Below, piece after piece: positions 52,540 through 64,000 of a DNA stretch of 64,000 bases. Origin of the DNA: Microthyrium microscopicum (taxonomy: Eukaryota). Position 1 is the first letter of the stretch; each line of letters opens with the position of its first letter. Under the pieces are notes generated by a model, which worked only from the letters and a program-made list of their open reading frames with translations, did no database searches and was not told where the DNA came from. Made by a program: the position numbers and the translations under genes. Location: positions 530,627-594,626 of the forward strand of contig MU004230.1 of NCBI GenBank assembly GCA_010405405.1. The letters are read 5' to 3'.

Positions 52540-55500
52540 GGTAGGATATAGGCCTAGCTTGCTAGGGTGCTAAGCGTAAAACTTAGCAATAAGCTTTAGC
52601 GCATTCTTAGTGGCTATCCAATCATGCTATTTAGCTTTATCGTAACTAGTGTACTTAATCTCGTATTATAGCTTCTTATATTAACTAGCAAAGCGGCTAT
52701 TAACAATAGCGTTAATAGACCATTCATTATCGTCTATAGTTTCTCTAACGACTACTAATAGTAGATTAGCGTGCTTAAGCAACTTAGCGTCGTCTATAAT
52801 ATAGTAGAGGACCTAGGCGTAAAAGACATTATGCATCTTTATAGAAGAGGAGAGATTAAGTTTATAGGTAACGATATTAATCTTCTTAATTATGCAAAAG
52901 GGACTTATGTTCTTATCGTCTAGAGTCTTTAAAGGACGTAAAGTAGGGTAGTTCTATATATCTAAGCAAACCTAGTCGCCTAGTAACAGGTCTAGAGCTA
53001 CGTAGCGATAGCGGTTAGCGTATTCTACCTATTAAGCTTATGCCTAGATTAATTGCTCTATTAGATAATCGTGCATCTTAGCGTAACCCTTCTACATCAT
53101 GTCTGCATTAATAGCTTCCTTATTAGCAGCTATAGAGGCGTTTATAGGTTTTAAGAGGCGATATAAGGACTTAAGGCCTGATTGAGGGTTAAATCTATTT
53201 TAAGCTTTAAAGGATATAACTCTTATGGTAGTATTCACGACGGAATTGACTACAAATTTAGCGAAGGGCAGAAGGGCTACCTAGTTATCTTAATCCTAGT
53301 TAATAAACACGCGTAGGAATTGCTTAAGTACTATGACTAAGATTTCTATTATACTATTAGTCTCAGGGTGAAATGCTATACTAAGATAAAGTATTATGCC
53401 TACGCGTTTATATAAGCGCTTCTAGAATACAGAGGTAAATTAGCTACTACAGTCTAAAAGAATTGTTGATGGCTAGCTAATAAGTTTCTATACGTGGTTA
53501 ATAAAGGCTAGTACTATTAAGTCTACAGACAGGTCTAGTAGTAGGATAAAACGTTAGGTCTATATATAGCGATTAATAACTACTATAACGTGCTAATAGA
53601 TTATACCTTAGTATAAATAGTGAGGTAGTAAGACGGTAAAGTTAATAGAAATATTAGACTACACGCGCTTAGGGAGAGGGAATTAACGTAGGAAGCCTTA
53701 CTTCTTTTAACAGATAGGTTTAGCAAACACGCATTTATAGCCTTTAACAAAGCTCTTAACGTCTTATAACATTTTAAGCTACTAATAATCTTCTTATAGG
53801 TAGTAATAAGTTATTACTACTCTACTATAGCCTATAGCTTTATAGCTATACGCACTCTATATAGCGCGACGCTAAAGCTTACCTTAAGGGATAAAGATCT
53901 AGTTACGATAGAGGATTATCTTATTAGTAGCTACTATATAGTCTCTAAGCTTAATTTGCTCTTATTCTAGAGTACCAAAGGGTAAGAAGAGTTAATAGTC
54001 AGTCTTAGCGTAGCGAATAGCAATTATTGTTTTGTTATACTTCGCTACGTTCATAATATCCTATAGGAACTAGTCGCTATTAAAATCTAGGGATAGGTTA
54101 TTTCCTAAGGAATTAAGTAGCTTACCCTTAGGCGTCTTGTTATTACTAAGAGACTCTCCTATAAAATTAAGTAGCTTACTTATAGAATTAGAAATATCTA
54201 ACTTATCTTAAGTAATAGTAGCTAAGTATAGTATTAAGAGGTAGGTAGGTTTAATAAGTAATATAGCTAGCTTTACTACGTGTTCTATATTAAATTAGTA
54301 TAGGAATAGCAAAGGTTAGACCTATTAAGAGATATAAGGGTTATTATTACTTTATAGAATGTCTTATAACTAATAGGTAAGGGCATCTACTTTTCTATTA
54401 GCTATACCTAGGTAGTACTTTATCTTAAAGTAAAACTAGGAGAGGAACTTAGCTTATTTAGCTTATCGTTAAGAGAGACGTTTTGTTATTATAAACGTCT
54501 AAAGGTTATAGTAATTAGAGAATACTTAAATAGGGTTAATAGAGCTAAACAGCTCTAGTTCTTATTCTTTAAATATATAGATAATAGCTAGAAGCTCTTT
54601 GTTATAAATGTCATAATTACATTCTACTAAGGTTATTTTTTTTAAGAGGTACGTAACTAGATAAAGCTTCTTATTATTACCTTTTTAAGAGAAGACTATA
54701 GCATAAACCTAATTTAAGGCGTCTATCTCTAGCTATGTTTCTTTTGTATAGTTAAAGTGACGTAATATCTTAATAGACGTAAAGTCTTACTTTAGCTTCT
54801 TAAATATACATTCCTTTAGCCTATTAGGGTCCTAAGGAAAGATTACTATAGCGTCCTTCTTTATAAGTACTATTAGTAGTGCTATAGTCTTTAAATATTT
54901 AAGAATAAATTAGTAGTAGAAGTTAGTGAAGCTAAGGAAAGCTTAAATATCTTTTACTAAAGAGGGACGTTACTAGTTAACTACGCTTTAAACCTTCTTT
55001 AGGTCTATCTTAATGCCTTTAGTAGTAATAATTAGGCTAAGGTATTTAACTTATTAAGTATTAAATTTATACTTCTAGATATCTAAGTATAATCCTACTT
55101 TACTTATTACTTCTAGGACTAAGTAAGTATAGGCAATATAGCTAGCTTTAGTGTTACTAAAGACTAGTAGATTATCTATATAGCCTATAATAAAGTTATC
55201 TAGGTAATTAATTAGAATATAGTTAAAATAAGCTTAGAAAGTCCTTAGGGCTCTAGTAAGGCTAAAGGATATAACTTTAAATTTATATAACCTATAATAA
55301 GTTAAGAATACGGTTTTATGTTCGTTGCTAGGTTTAATGCAAATATATATAAAGATAGTAATAACATTAAATTTAGAGAAGTATTTTGCGTAATAGATAT
55401 AGGTAAGTATTTCTAGTAGCTATAGAGGGACGTTATGATTCTTTTATATAATCTTATTAAGTTTATAATAATTAATATAAACTTAAATTCCTCCTTCTAG

Positions 55501-58500
55501 CTTATATATATATAGTATTAGTATAGCGTAATACAACTTGCTAGCCTAAACTTAATCTTAACTAAGTATCTAATTAACGTATTATTTTACGACGAGGAAT
55601 TCTTAGTAACCTAAGCTATTATAGTAACGTTTAAGAATTATAGCGTTTAGGATAATATTAATAAAGTAATCCTATTCACTACGGTATAGTACAAGTTTAT
55701 TACCTAATTTTAGGTTAAAGACGTCTATATAATAATAATATTCCTTTAGTAGGCATTTAAGAATCTCTTCTCGTAAGAAGGGAGGCTTATTATACTTCTC
55801 TTACTACTTTTTAAAATCCTTAGGTAAGATTTTGCTTAAGTTAATAGCAACGTCTTCCTTTAGCATAGGATCTAGATCTAGAGGTTTCTTTTCCTTTCTA
55901 TCTTTAAAGTCATTAAGCTAGATTTTACTAAATTGCTAGCCTTATTCTAGTAACTTAATAAAGGTAGTAGTGCTAACTATAGTAACGTTTTTAAAGTAAG
56001 GATCTATTAGATTAACTAAGTAGCCCTTATAATCTATTAAGATTAAGTAGCCTACTAGTAAGTAGTATATAAGGTAGTAGTCTAAGTTAAAGTAGATTTA
56101 CTTCTTACTTCTTTTAAAAATAATCTTATAGAGGTTAATCTAAGGGTTACTAAGGATAAGGTTATAGCTAGCGACGTTTATAACAAAGTAGTAGATTTAT
56201 TTAATATACCCTCCTAAATAGACATTAACTATAGCAGCTTTATTAACTTTTATAATAGCCTTACTGTTAGCTAATTATATAATTTAGGGGATAGAGAGAT
56301 TAATAGTAAGGATCTTATATTGTTTAATAAAGTTAGGGTAAATAATTCTTATTGCTCTACTACTAGTATCTATAAGGATATTAATTTTTAAGTAGTAGCT
56401 TTATCTTAGAGAAAATATAGTATTAGAAGTAGTCTATTAATTGCTTACTATAGGTATAGTAGCTACTTCTTAGGGATAGAAATCGTATGCTATAAAGGTA
56501 AGAAATATCTTAATAATAGCTAGTTTGCTATTATTAAATATAACAAGCTCTAAGGATAATGCTTATTAGAGATTACCTTCTAGGTGCTAGATAGTCTTAT
56601 TAACCTTATATTAGATTTATTCTTTAGAGAGAACTAGTTTAGGGTTAGGTTCCTTCTTCTTCTATTACTAATTATACGCTTCTTACTTATTTAGCTCCTT
56701 TGCGCGTCTCTATAGAGGAGCTTTTAGTTTTTTATATCATTACTATAATTATACTTATCGTAATTATTCTCTATGATTAGGGACTAAGGAGATTAAGTAA
56801 TAATTTAATTATAGATAGTAGTGAACTTTATAATAATAGTAGTAACTTTTAGTTATATTTTAGCATCTAAAAGGGCGTCTCTATCTTTATATAGTACTAA
56901 GTTGTACTAATAGCTATAGCCTTTCTCTCTATACTTTATATAATGGTTATTAGCCTTTAAGGTATTATAGATATTTAAAAGGCAATTAAACTTAGATTTC
57001 TATCTACTACCCTTAGCTACTAGACGATTATTATTATCGTAGCTTCACGAATTAGTAGAGGAAATATATTTAATATAACGAGTAATAGTATATAGGCTCT
57101 TAAGGAAATCTATAAATATTTTTAATTCTATAAAGAGCACTCTCTCTACGAATTTTGGGAGTAGAAGAAGACGCATTTTAATAATCTTATCTTAATTACT
57201 AAGCTTAGCTTCTCGTAAGTTCTCTAAGAAGTGAGCTAGGAATTGTTTAAGCTTCTTAATAGGCTTTATTATAGCTTCTTAACTTTTAAGCTAAGTCTTA
57301 GTAGTAATATAGCTATCTTTAATACTATACTTATAATCTAGATTAGACTATATCTTTACTATAAATAAATATAGGTTAGTTAACTTATGGTTACTCTACT
57401 TATTAATAGTGCTAAATACTTAATCCTTTATTGCTCCTTAGACGACTTAGATCTTAGAGGCTTCTATAAGATAGACTTATGTATTATTATTAAGGTAGTT
57501 TAGTACTTTGCCTTTCTAAGCATAGTACTTTTGCTTATCCTTTCCTAAGAAGAGTAAAGGCTTATCGCTCTATATTTTAAGGAGAGAGGCGCTACTAATT
57601 AAGTTAAGGTTAGAGAAAAGAGTAGTTTAATATAAGTCTAGTACCCCTAGAGGTATATTTAAGTTAGGTTAGTTTATATCCTAAGCTAGAGAGGTCTAGC
57701 AAAATAGATCGTTATCTACTAACTTATTGTAATTAAGATAGAGATTAGTTATCTTAGTAGCTAAGGGTTTCTTTTAGAAGGCATTAACCTAGGCTTAAAG
57801 GATAGTAGCTTTGTCTACCTTCTTCTATAGAGCCTTATAGTATTTACTAATTTTATTAACGTAGGTAGTGAGTACTTCCTTAAGTAAATTATTATTATAT
57901 TGTAACTCCTATACTTTTTAGTAAGTAGTTACTACTTCCTTAAGGGCAATGGTATTATTTTAAATCTACGCTTTAAGATAAGTAATCTACTTTGCGCGTT
58001 TATTATTAGTTTTAGCTAAGTCCTACATCTCTTCTTAAGCTTCTAAAGCTTCTTCCTAGAGAGTATAGATTAAGTCTATATTGCAAGCGTTTATATTCTA
58101 CTTAATTTTAAAGAGGTAGGCTATAGTTTAAGAGGCTAATAATAAAGCGTAAAGCTATATAACTAAGTCGTCTAGCGTAATCTCTTCTTTTAATAGACGT
58201 TCTAAGTCTATACCTAATTTAATTAAGTAGTAAGAGTAGTAATAGAGGTCTAATTGCTTTTCTTTATAATAGAGGTATACTCTTACGTCTTTTAGCTTAT
58301 TACCTTCTTTACTAGGCATCTTTCGTGCTTAAGTAGCTTAGAAGATTAGAGGGTTCTTATTAATAGTTAGAGTAACTAGTTAATTAAGGTTTACTACTAT
58401 AGGGTAGTAAGACATCAATATAGGTAGTACTTTAGGGCCTTTAGCTTGCTAGTATAGTTCTATTAGCTATTTATGCATTTTAGGAGAAAGTCTAGTGTTA

Positions 58501-58700
58501 TTATTAAGTTAAAAAGGAGCTAGTAGTTAGTTATCTTCTATGTTTATTTAGTTTAGTAAAGTTATTTAACTAGTATTTTAAGGGGCGTCTTCTAACGCTT
58601 TAGTCTCTTTGCCTTTATAGCCTTATTCTAATAGATGATTATCTTCTAACTTATCTTTATCTTCTAACAATGCTCTTAAGTCTAGTTCTAGCAATTTTAA
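52540..58700 (-). pseudogene. Gypsy gag-pol relic (Zn knuckle, AP, RT, RNase H, IN, chromodomain)
   Basis: De-RIP translations: C.KCGEKGH (~56900-56950); ILVDTGG (~56360-56385); KTAFLT.YGLYEFKVMPFGLTGAPGTFQ (~55235-55320); YIDDLLVFS (~55160-55185); ETDASD (~54715-54735); NYDIYDKELLAII (~54580-54620); LSTAFHPETDG (~53350-53385); EWSIDAIVDSRF...LQYEIKYTGYD...FHAQHP (52560-52730). Gag start is approximate. Confidence 0.88.
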
Positions 58701-59323
58701 TAGTCTTAAGACACTCTTTACTAAATTTACTACTTTTTAGGTAGTATCTAGTTATATTATATCCTAAGTATTAGGTTCGCTTTAATACTTAGTACGTATA
58801 GCAGAGGGGTAACGCAATAGAGATAAGTAACGTAAGTATATAGGAGATAGAGATAGGCGCTAATTATTAGGCTAAGTATAAGTAACTAGGGATAGCGAGT
58901 AGGCTATATAGCTATTAACTTAGGTTTATTAGTTAGGAGCCTTATTAGCTATAGTTATAAATAATAAAGAAGAGTACTAGGAGGGAATGCTTATTTATTT
59001 AGCGCGTTTTAATAGTAAGTATGTTAAGTATAATTATAGATATTTAGTAGTAGTATAGAAGACAAACTTTAGTATTCTATAGAACTAAGGATAAGGGATA
59101 ATTAACGCTTAGACTATTAATAGGTTAAAGAGTGTTAGGGAATCCTAACGCTCTAATTAGATAAGGGGTTAGTAGGGCTAACAGATTTAGTAAATCTATA
59201 AAGGATCTTTAATAGGGTCTAAGACTACGCGTATAGGATATTAATCTATATAGGCGCTTCTTTAGAAGTAAATTCTAGGGTACATAGTATAAGCGCGTAG
59301 GTAGTTGAATGGTTCGTAGATTA

Positions 59324-59549
59324 TGTAACGAGCTATGGAACTTAAGCAAGCAGATAATTAGATTATATTCTAGAATCTATAAATAGGAGAGAGAGAGAAG
59401 AAGATTTAGAAGAGCTACAGATCTGCAAGGGAAGTAAGTCTGCTTGGTAGATCCTTGGGCGCGCTAACCCCCTTGGGTCTAGCGCGTAATCTTGCAACAA
59501 GATCTCTCTCACAATACCGCTGTAAAGCCTGTAAGGAGGAATCATCACA
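59324..59549 (-). repeat. 5' LTR of the Gypsy element
   Basis: TGTAACGAGCTATGGAAC...GAGGAATCATCACA, followed by TSD GTATA. Confidence 0.93.
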
Positions 59550-59598
59550 GTATATTATTTAACGTTAGCCTAAATAAGTCTAACGTTAAATAATATAC
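59550..59598. repeat. Perfect 19-bp inverted repeat with 11-bp spacer
   Basis: GTATATTATTTAACGTTAG (59550-59568), spacer CCTAAATAAGT, CTAACGTTAAATAATATAC (59580-59598). Confidence 0.9.
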
Positions 59599-62053
59599 CT
59601 AGTTAACGCTTTAACGTTAGGCTATAAATAGAGCAAATATTAAGCTAATATTACAATTTCCTAAGTTAAATCTTTAAATATTAAGATTAACTAAACTAAT
59701 AAGCTAATTAATACTAAATCTTTAACTTCTTAGCTATAGACTTTACTAACTTATCTATAATACTAATTATTAACTCTAGTTTCTAAAAAATAGTAAAAAG
59801 TAAATATAAATAACTACTATCTTTAATATAATATAAGTATAATATAGGCTAATTATTATATATAAGTAAGTACAACTAGTTTATTAACTAATTTTACTAA
59901 CTACTATATTAGAATAGATAAAAGTAAAATAGTAGGTTTAAGACAACTAAGTAGAATTAAATAGATAACTAGATTAATAGCTATTTATATTACATTTATA
60001 TAAGTAAGTATTCCTTAAATTTTAGACTTTCTATATACTAATTATATATTAATAATATATAATATAACTACTATTATTAAACTATTACTTAAAAGTATAT
60101 CTTAATAAGTACGTTAAGTTTCTAGTAACTTATAATACTAATAAAATAGATATAGAATGCTATAATACTTATAGTATACTATATTTCTATTACTTATTAT
60201 ATATATAAATATATTAAATTAGCCTTAAGATACCTAGTCTATAACAAAATATATTATTACGTTTATTACTACTTATAGAATATACTAAAAGTAAGACCTA
60301 ACTAAATGTCTATTATAGCCTTTTAATTACCTATAACTATTACCTAAAATAAGATAGTTAAAAGAGTTCTAAAGATAGCTTATTACAATACTATAGGCTC
60401 CTATAATTATTAGCTAAGAAGGACTAGTTAAATTAAGTAATAGTAAAATACTAATTATAGTAATATTACCTCTTATAACTATTACTTATTAAGATATACC
60501 TAATTTAAGTATTAGAGAAAGTCCCTATTCTAATATTATAAGCTAATCTATAAGTCTAAATACCTTAAAGAACACTACTACTAAAGCTAAGAACCTACCT
60601 ATCTACTATTAACCTAATAAAAATCATCTATTAATTTATATAGAAGATATAATGTAACTACTACTCTTTAATAGTTACTAAATTATATAGTTACTTATAT
60701 TAAGTAGAATTCTACTTATTAGTAATATAGCCTTTATAATTAATTAAAATAGTAGTATTTAGGCATAAGGCTAAACTTAATACCTACTAAACTAGTACTA
60801 TATATACTACATAAAGATATAAAGCTACTTACCCTATTCTTTATATAATTAGCAATATAGTACTTATAAATAAGTAAGATAGTATCTAAGGCTCTAATAA
60901 TTCTTACTAAATAGGTATCTAAGCTACTATAGAAAAATATAATTTAGTTACGCTAACTAAAGTCTTAGCATTAGTATCCTTAGATATAACTTATAAATTA
61001 TATCTTAACTTAACCTTATTATTCTTACCTACTAAGCCCTTCTCTACCTCTTTAATAAGACTAAGCAAACTACTTAAATCTATACTACTCTTAATACTTA
61101 TGCTAGCCTTATTAACCCTAACTTACTTACTATTTAGATCCTCCTCTTTATATCTTTTATTAGCCTATCTATTCTATACTTATAGCTCTATACTACTCTT
61201 ATTAACTATACTACTATTATCTTATATAATCCTACTCTATAGGCTTACTAGCTTATTAAAAGAGGTAAACTATTTAATATTTATAATATATTTTGCTATA
61301 CTATTAAACCTAATACTATTATTTTACTTCTTTATTCTAATTAACCTAGTAAAATTATTAGTAGTTTCTAAGTAATTAATATTATTTACTAGGTTAACTA
61401 AGATAAAAGCATAAGCCTATATAATAATTTTAGAGCTACTTATTATAGTAGTATAAGTATCTATATTTACTACTTAGAAGGATATAGCTAGAATAAGGAT
61501 AGAAAGTACTATAACTATACTAAAATACTACTTAGAGCTATTACCTACTTTATATTTAAATAAGCTTTCTATTAATATAATAATATATAAAAGACTCTAC
61601 TCTATAATAAGTAACTATAGAGTAGTTAGACTATCTATAACTAGCAGCGTAATTACTTTAAAGTTAAACTAGAATAAAAAAAATAGGAAATAAAAATTAG
61701 AGTATTACTAAGTCTAAGAAGTACTTATTTAAGTAATTTACCCTAGTAATAATATTATAAGTAATAGATTCTATAATATAATAATAACTACTCTTATTAA
61801 TTACTATAAAGGAGTCTACTTTATAGCACTATTATAGAGTAACTAAACTACTTCTAACTAGTAATTACTATGTCTACTTTAAGGTAGTTTCTATATAGAG
61901 ATTATGTATAAGGAAGTTAAATATAGCTTATTATTAAAATATACTAGTTATACTCTTATAATAGGTATTTACCTAAGTTCTAGCTATATAAGAGAGTATA
62001 AGTATTAATTTTAGGTAAGATAAAGATAGAGCTATTAAGAGCTAGATACCTAG

Positions 62054-62420
62054 AACTATAGGCGTAGTAACCTCTTTATTAATAATATAGTATACTTCTA
62101 ATAAAAGCTACTAAATAGATTTAAACGTATATTAATTTATAGTAATATTATACTACTACTTTTAAATTATATCTTTACTATCTTAAAAATAATATAGTTT
62201 ATAGTAGGTAATATATAAAAACTATAGGCGTAATAGCTACTTTATTAATAATACGTTATATCTTTAATAAAAGCTTCTAAATAGATCTAACTATATATTA
62301 ATTTATAGTAATATCGTTTTGCTACTTTTAGATTATATCTTTACTATAGTAAGACTAATAAGGTATTTAGTAATAACGCTTAAGAACTATAAGCGTAGTA
62401 GCTAAATACTTAGAATTATA
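62054..62420. repeat. ~165-bp diverged tandem repeat (2+ units), possibly a relic protein repeat
   Basis: AACTATA(G/A)GCGTA recurs at 62054, 62220 and 62385, with alignable sequence between (TATATTAATTTATAGTAATAT, ATTATATCTTTACTAT). Confidence 0.7.
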
Positions 62421-63150
62421 GGCATAAAATAAGTAAAGCTTCTACCTTCTTATTAATATTTTGCTATAGATTAATCGTACTTCTAAGACTTTATAGTCTT
62501 CTAATAGATATTAAAAGAAGAAGCGTAGCTTATAATACTAGTATTAAAGTAGATAGAGTAACTAAAGGCTATATTCTAAATAATAAGAGACTTAGTATAG
62601 GTAGTATCCCCTCCTTATTATACTTATCTTATATTATAGTAATACTAATAATATTAATACTTATTAGTTTACTAAGGACGTATTTTTTCCTATTATGTCT
62701 CTTTAGTTCTCTTAAACTATTTACCTTTAGTAAGTAATTTTATAGCTTTAGCTATAACCTCTATATACAACTTTGCATATCTTAGTAAAAAATTTATTAT
62801 TTAATCCTTAGTACGTATAAGGGATTTAGAAACTAGAATATAAAGGATAGTTTACAAAATTATTACTAAATAAAGGTAGAATAGCTAAGTAGGCTAGTTA
62901 ATCTTTAACTTCTTCCTTAATATATTATACGTCTATTTATAGTATAATTTTAAGTTGCTTACTACTAGAGTTAGTAGTTCTATTAGGTAAAGTAATAAAT
63001 AAAGATATAATACTAAAGGATAAAATATTATATAGTAGTAAGAGTTTATAGTAAGTTATAGTTTATATAAATATACTATATTATATGTCTTTATATAGTA
63101 GTAGATAGCTTTACGCAATATTATATAATATTAAATATATTAACTACTAT

Positions 63151-63226
63151 TAAACTATATTAAACTATATTAAACTATATTAAACTATATTAAATAATAT
63201 TAAATAATGTTAAATATTATTAAATA
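63151..63226. repeat. 10-bp tandem array (TAAACTATAT), ~7 units, followed by TAAACGTTTTAAACGTTT
   Basis: Directly visible 10-bp periodicity. Confidence 0.85.
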
Positions 63227-64000
63227 CTCCTATACAAATACCTAAATAAATACTTAAACGTTTTAAACGTTTTAGCTTAGATTAGGAGTTACTAAAGTAT
63301 AAGAACCTAGGTAATAAGTTACTATTTAGGATACTTTTACTAATAGTCTTTACGTAATAGAATACGTATTTTTAATAAGTTTATTTTGCCTAATTATCTT
63401 TATCTAATTAATTATAAATTAATACTTATAATAGTAATTATTTTTCTACTAGACTATCTATATAAATAATGTAATATATATACTATAAGTAATAGCATTC
63501 TATTCTAATATACTATATAAAAAAGAATTATTAATAAACTAACCTTCCTTATAATAACCTAGCCTAGCTATCTCTATTAGTAGGATTCTATATATTTGCT
63601 AATAAAAAATAAGAACTCTATAAATACTTTTACTAATAGTATTAGGAAGTAGTCTAACGTAGTATTTTATAATTAAATTAAGCTATACTAAGAGTAAATT
63701 AATATAGTAGTTTTTTTTTTAATAGCTAATAGTAAATATCTTTAAGCCTACCTATTAGCGCCTATAATTAGTACTAGCTTTAATAGTAAAGAGATAATAT
63801 ATATAACTAACTATAATACCTTTAATTAATATACTTTAGTATATTACCTATACTTAGGTAAGTAATATATAAGTTAGTTTCCTATAATAAAAATATAGCG
63901 TATATAATAAGGTAAGTATAACTTATTAATATTTTAATAATATATACATACTAATAGTAATAGAAACATAAATAATAATACCTAAGTATAATTATACTAT

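Larger units (their letters stand above)
51898..59549 (-). mobile_element. Full-length Ty3/Gypsy LTR retrotransposon (chromovirus), RIP-inactivated, 7,652 bp
   Basis: 226-bp LTRs at 51898-52123 and 59324-59549 (TG...CA). 5-bp TSD GTATA at 51893-51897 and 59550-59554. Polypurine tract next to the left LTR on the minus strand. Relic gag zinc knuckle, protease, RT, RNase H, integrase and chromodomain occur in Gypsy order. Confidence 0.95.
25720..64000. mobile_element. Large RIP-degenerated repeat block; candidate giant multi-gene mobile element (right end not in window)
   Basis: Abrupt switch to very AT-rich DNA with TpA excess and near absence of CpA/TpG. No credible intact ORFs. Contains relic genes, tandem arrays and a nested LTR element. 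The left boundary is approximate (+/- ~20 bp). Confidence 0.75.

Noticed and set aside
59363..59548. 61-aa ORF on the minus strand
   Set aside because: Lies entirely within the LTR; a chance ORF in its less-mutated part.
61100..61375. 91-aa Leu/Ile/Tyr-rich ORF as a membrane protein
   Set aside because: The composition is the expected by-product of AT-rich RIP DNA; there is no family signal.
25720..64000. AT-rich block as mitochondrial insertion (NUMT) or bacterial contamination
   Set aside because: TpA excess with CpA/TpG loss, transition-only LTR differences and nuclear TE relics indicate RIP; no mitochondrial genes, rRNA or tRNA were recognised.
25720..64000. Centromere or subtelomere call
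   Set aside because: Plausible for a long RIP block (RecQ-like TLH genes are subtelomeric), but no telomeric TTAGGG arrays are visible and centromere identity needs CENP-A or Hi-C data.

Overview
Filamentous ascomycete genomic DNA (Pezizomycotina-type spliceosomal introns, RIP signature) in two sharply separated compartments. (1) 1-~25,720 is gene-dense, roughly balanced-GC sequence with 12 intact genes, 11 with introns: a Cys-tailed bZIP factor divergent from an ACR3 arsenite exporter, cytosine deaminase (FCY1), uroporphyrinogen decarboxylase (HEM12), mitochondrial MutS (MSH1), an NTF2/SnoaL-like protein, a secreted PAN/apple protein with a metallothionein-like tail, a claudin-like tetraspan, a cupin, a ~1,550-aa histone-fold/low-complexity protein, a CE16/GDSL esterase and a MOT1-family molybdate transporter. 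(2) ~25,720 to the window end is extremely AT-rich, TpA-saturated DNA produced by repeat-induced point mutation (RIP). Reverting transitions by eye shows this is not just a nest of small transposons. It looks like one large multi-gene element with a hairpin at its left edge, a ~1,140-codon RecQ-type helicase relic as its first gene, several further long relic reading frames of unrecognised families, recurring 10- and 21-bp TAAACGTT-type arrays in the spacers, and a 62-bp minisatellite. A full-length, less-mutated Ty3/Gypsy chromovirus (51,898-59,549, 5-bp TSD GTATA) is nested in it. Diverged overlaps across two N-gaps suggest the host element is multicopy. I found no Starship captain recombinase or DDE transposase for the host element in this window, so its class is unresolved. 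All de-RIP translations are manual inferences.
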